DNA of 64,000 nucleotides from Phallusia mammillata (Eukaryota): NCBI GenBank assembly GCA_965637545.1, contig OZ281497.1, positions 24,304,001 to 24,368,000 of the forward strand, read 5' to 3'. Shown piece by piece: positions 59,978 to 64,000 of this stretch (position 1 is its first letter; each line of letters starts with the position of its first letter). The notes under the pieces were generated by a model. It saw only the letters and a program-made list of their open reading frames with translations, ran no database searches and was not told where the DNA came from. The position numbers and the translations under genes were made by a program.

Positions 59978-60436
59978 TGTAGCGAAATTTTATTTGCTTG
60001 TTGATTTTTGTCACCGTCACGTATTGTTTTTGTTCTTTTTCGTTGTGGCACCTTAATTACGTTTTTGTGTTGTGGCACCCTCGCTGCTTCCCCTTAGGGG
60101 TGATTAGTTTGCAAAGCGTTGATTACTCCGGAATGTGCCTTCTTGTTCCACATGCCTCAAATAGCGCGTCGTTAGTCGTTGAGATGGCTTTTCTCTAGGC
60201 GCTGTGAAACGTGTTGGTGTTGGCGTTGGTGTTGGTGTTGGTGTTGGTGTTGGTGTAACTTTGCTTTTACGTTGTTTCAAATATAAGTCGCGCCCATAAG
60301 CTAAACCAGTGTGAGGGAGTATAATTGGCTTTAGTGGTGAGCCGTGATTGCAGGGTTCTGGACCTGTTGCGAATTAAGTAAGCAGGCTTGGTGCATAAGA
60401 TCCATTTATCAGGCCTGCCGAAAAAATTCGGTAACA
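59978..60436 (-). mobile_element. Probable solo LTR (Gypsy-like), 459 bp
   Basis: TG...CA ends with short inverted termini (tgtagcgaaatttt / aaaattcggtaaca); 4-bp TSD atag; aataaa near the minus-strand 3' end; absent from duplication copy 1. Confidence 0.8.
60211..60256. repeat. (TGTTGG)n microsatellite inside the solo LTR
   Basis: About 7 units, one with a t>c change. Confidence 0.85.
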
Positions 60437-60904
60437 ATAGCACAATATAAAAACATAAACATCCACTGTCCGAGTTTTATTTTGAAAACCTAGTCCTAGA
60501 TAAATTGTCGGAATCTGTGGCAGTTTTCTATATCACAACAATCCAACATAACAATAGATAGGAATTCAAAACAAAAACAATTCTTAATAATTTCTGGGCA
60601 TTTTTTCGCCACAGCAGTCCGCGTTAAACTTTTTTATAGTTATAGTTATATAGCCGGTAACAAATAAGACCACATGCACAATAGCAGAACCATTCGAGAT
60701 AGGTAGGCGTGGAAAAGCAACGTTCGTTAATAGTGCTGTGTCTGACTTGATTTTATTAATTAGTTTTTTGATGATTAAGGGTTTCAGCAAAAACTGCACT
60801 TATAGATAAAGATGTTCAATCAAAACGTTTTAGCGTATCAAATCTACATATATTCTCTTTCATTGCAGAAGATATTTGTAACAAACTTTACAAATAGCCA
60901 AACC

Positions 60905-62620
60905 ATGAATTCCCTTCTAGTTACAATGGTTGTAGCTGCTGTTTTTGGAAAAGGTAAATCTGACTTTTGAACGATTTGTGAAAATGGTTTAAGCTTTAAG
61001 GTGTGGGCTACAAACGTATGTATAAACTAGGTTAGATGCATTTTTTCAATTGTGTTGTTGTAATACCAATTCTCAGTTGTGATTGGGCTCTAAATTGGGC
61101 CGAATCTGCATGGCTAGACTCAAAAGTTCGAGTCAACAACTCTCCCGATGCTCATTGTTTGTCATAGTTAAGCCCTTAAAGGCTTGAAATTTTAAAGTAA
61201 TTTCGACTCGACATCAAGTTGTTGTTTTTTTCAAACTCAAGCTCGATGCGGAACCCAAAATATCGGCCCAACATACAACTATACTTCTGTTGTGTTAGAT
61301 ACACTGTTGTAATATTGTTGTACTTTTCTTGACCCGGGAGCTTATAAAACAATTAGGAAAGTTATGCAGTTGTATTGTTGCAGGATTTGCTATAGATTGT
61401 TACGTTTGTGAGTACACCCCGGCTCTACAACCACAGTCGACTTGCAGAGGCCCGAACGTGAGCGACATCCACCGACAAACCTGTTCAGCAGATATAGCGT
61501 CATGCAGCGTCCATGAACACACTTTCCTCGGTAACTACGATATACGTTTGAAATAAAGTGCACAGAATTGTTCATAAAATTTATGAGAAATAGAATGGCC
61601 CAAATGTACGTAAAAAGCAACATACTTTACTGTTCAGACGTTTCGGCAAATGCTCATGTCGTCAACAGTAATATATACCAGTGCGAAGCATAAGTCTGCT
61701 TATCTAATACTAGTTTTTCAAAATTCGTATATTTTGTATATTTTGTTGACCTGAACTCTAATCCAAACGTTTTCTTAAGCAGAAAGTTAGGGCATTTCCA
61801 AACTAGCCTCATAAGTGTACCACGAGCAAAAATTATGGCAAAAAGTGGTGACAAGATTTTAACACAATTTATTGTATGGTATCTCTAAACAACACTCTCC
61901 AGTATTTGTGGACACACCTTGTTTTATCTCCGTTCATTGCGAGACACCAAATTCGGTTGTATTGTACATTCAACAGAACTACGCTAGTGTTGGCGCGTGG
62001 CGCTTAAAGATGTGCAACATTATTTTACCACCAGATTTATAGAGCTCGTCTGGCAAATGTATTTTTATTCCGACGTTCCCACGTCCTATATGCAGGTCGC
62101 CTTCATCAGGGAAAATAACATTGATTGCGCGTAATGCCCAATATATTATGCCTGGCAGCAACATGTTACATATTATTTTTTTACCAGGATGGCTTTAAAC
62201 TAAATGTTTCTAGAACATCCGAAAATTGTGCGTAGCTGTGGTGCTGGTCAAGCAAATACGCGAATACAACACTGCACAGCAAGTAAGCGGTCGATTTGTT
62301 ACTTTTATCAATTAAACAGTCATTGGCAAAACTTTACTCAGATAGAATTACATTGCTGATCTAGTGCATTGTTCAGTTACAGACGCTTTTGTATTATTAA
62401 TATATTACAAAAGTCCTTATTTAGTAGTTATTTTTTAGATTTAAATATTCGTGATAAAACTACAGAGAATATTCTTTAAAAACGTAAACAAGCTAAAGCA
62501 ATTTTGGGCCAAACTGTAAAATTTCTTTAAAAAGTTTAAAAAAAAATCGATTGTAAACTTGAGCAAAACATGCTTGTATTCTGTTTGTATATTACAGATC
62601 TATGCAATACTGCGAATTAA
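60905..62620 (+). CDS. Secreted Ly6/uPAR protein B2, 95 aa, 8 Cys
   Basis: Exons 60905-60953, 61384-61530, 62214-62282, 62598-62620; differs from B1 at 7 residues, including RCC to RSC. Confidence 0.9.
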
Positions 62621-64000
62621 ATGTTCACATCCCATGCAAGTAACGGAAAGGCAACCACAGACTGAATGGATTCATGTTGCAGAACCTACTTCAACGCAAT
62701 AAACGGATTTTTCCAGTACTAGTTGTGTTTTTGTTAATTATATGAGGCTAAAATACAGTTTAGGTACAGCATTAACAGCACAGATTCACATTGTACAATT
62801 AGCCTATAGCTAGGGGTCGCCAACCCGCGGCTCCGGAGCGACTTTTTGATCCCTCCGATGCGGTTCAGTTTATGAAACCTGAAACTACCAAATGTTTACA
62901 ACAATTGATTTTGAATTCTGTGACAATTATGCCGGTCGCAAAAGTCAAAAATAAAAATGTTGTGCAACTGTACCTTACTGTACCCGCTTCTAGTAGTTAG
63001 GTACAACCGCCTCTATGCCAAGAATCGTGAAGTCTGAAAGAGGCTAACTGGCATCGCGCAGCTTAACGCACAATCTGGGCTACAGTTTGTTTTAAATTGC
63101 AGTGTGTGTGCATGGGAAACAATGTTGTTCGATAACAGTTTTGTAACAATTTTAAACAAAAAAATACAGCGTGTGAAGAAAACGAAATATTTACTGCTAC
63201 ATGGGAAGATTCAATAGCTTTCACTGCTGACGAAACAGGTTTACCAATGTGCCTAATATGCAATAACAAATTTGCTTTCTGATTCCGTGCGACAAAATAG
63301 AGATTTTAAAGTGGCATTTTATTTAAAATTTAAATCGGTTTTGCGGCTCCCAGTGTTTATTTACAGTGAAAATCTGGTCCGAAAGGCTTAGGGTGAACAA
63401 GTATAACTGCCGAAATGAGATGTCTATTTATGTACTATTTCAGTCTGGATCATGAGCAATTGTTTTTATTTTCATTTAATAAGCAATTTTCTGCAAAAAC
63501 ACACCTACACAACAGTTTTTACCAACACTTCAAGCCTTTCTTTCAAAACAGGAATAAAGGCAACAATTACAAATGCACTAGCCAAGTTCATACTGATATC
63601 CTGGATTTATTGTCAGATGCATTACCATTATTGGTGAGCTCATTATCACAGATGGTGCATTAACAAGATAAAAAAACAACCTGAAAGTTGTTTCAGTTTG
63701 AAATGTGCAGCATATTACAGGCTATCTGTCAGAAATGATTACAAAATATACACAGTGCCAGTAGACAGTATACACAAAAAAACATTTATTGTGATTCCAA
63801 TTCCTTTATAGTGTATTTGTTGTAGAAAATGGCTTCATTGCAATCTTGTAGTGTGGTAGAGCTTGGGGGTTTGTATTCGGTACATCATAACTAAACTTAG
63901 GCATTGGTGAAAAAAAAATCTTCTGCTTAGAATTGCTCAATTTGTTACAGCTAAACACCTTTAATTTTTTTACCTTGCCCAATTTATTGTTTTGTTGCCA

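Larger units (their letters stand above)
51389..64000. repeat. Tandem segmental duplication, copy 2 (continues past the window end)
   Basis: Matches 39234-48900. The offset grows from ~12.15 to ~15.1 kb because of the hAT (2.36 kb) and LTR (0.46 kb) insertions. Confidence 0.93.

Overview
AT-rich eukaryotic genomic DNA with spliceosomal introns. It is probably from an invertebrate chordate such as an ascidian (inference from an intron-containing USP gene next to AKR genes with a human-like exon layout). Contents, left to right: (1) three tandem minus-strand aldo-keto reductase (AKR1B-like) genes, two complete at 316 aa and one running off the left edge, with a palindrome-rich ~195-bp satellite in one intron; (2) an adhesion GPCR with a C-type lectin domain and a degenerate GPS; (3) an orphan 146-aa secreted Tyr/Gly/Lys-rich protein; (4) a 151-aa universal stress protein with a GC-AG intron; (5) a ~12.2-kb tandem segmental duplication (39.2-51.4 kb and 51.4 kb to the right edge). 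Each copy of the duplication carries two four-exon genes for small secreted Ly6/uPAR (three-finger) proteins lacking the 7-8 disulfide and a GPI signal. Copy 1 also holds a decayed fibrinogen-domain gene missed by the ORF track. Gene A is far more divergent between the copies than its neighbours. In copy 2 a full-length Buster-type hAT transposon sits exactly on the exon-3 splice acceptor of gene A, and a solo LTR lies upstream of gene B. Many MITEs with clean TSDs and degenerate SINE remnants are present. I found no rRNA, intact tRNA or CRISPR array. Gene models and identity counts were made by hand from splice signals and frame continuity; no database search was run.
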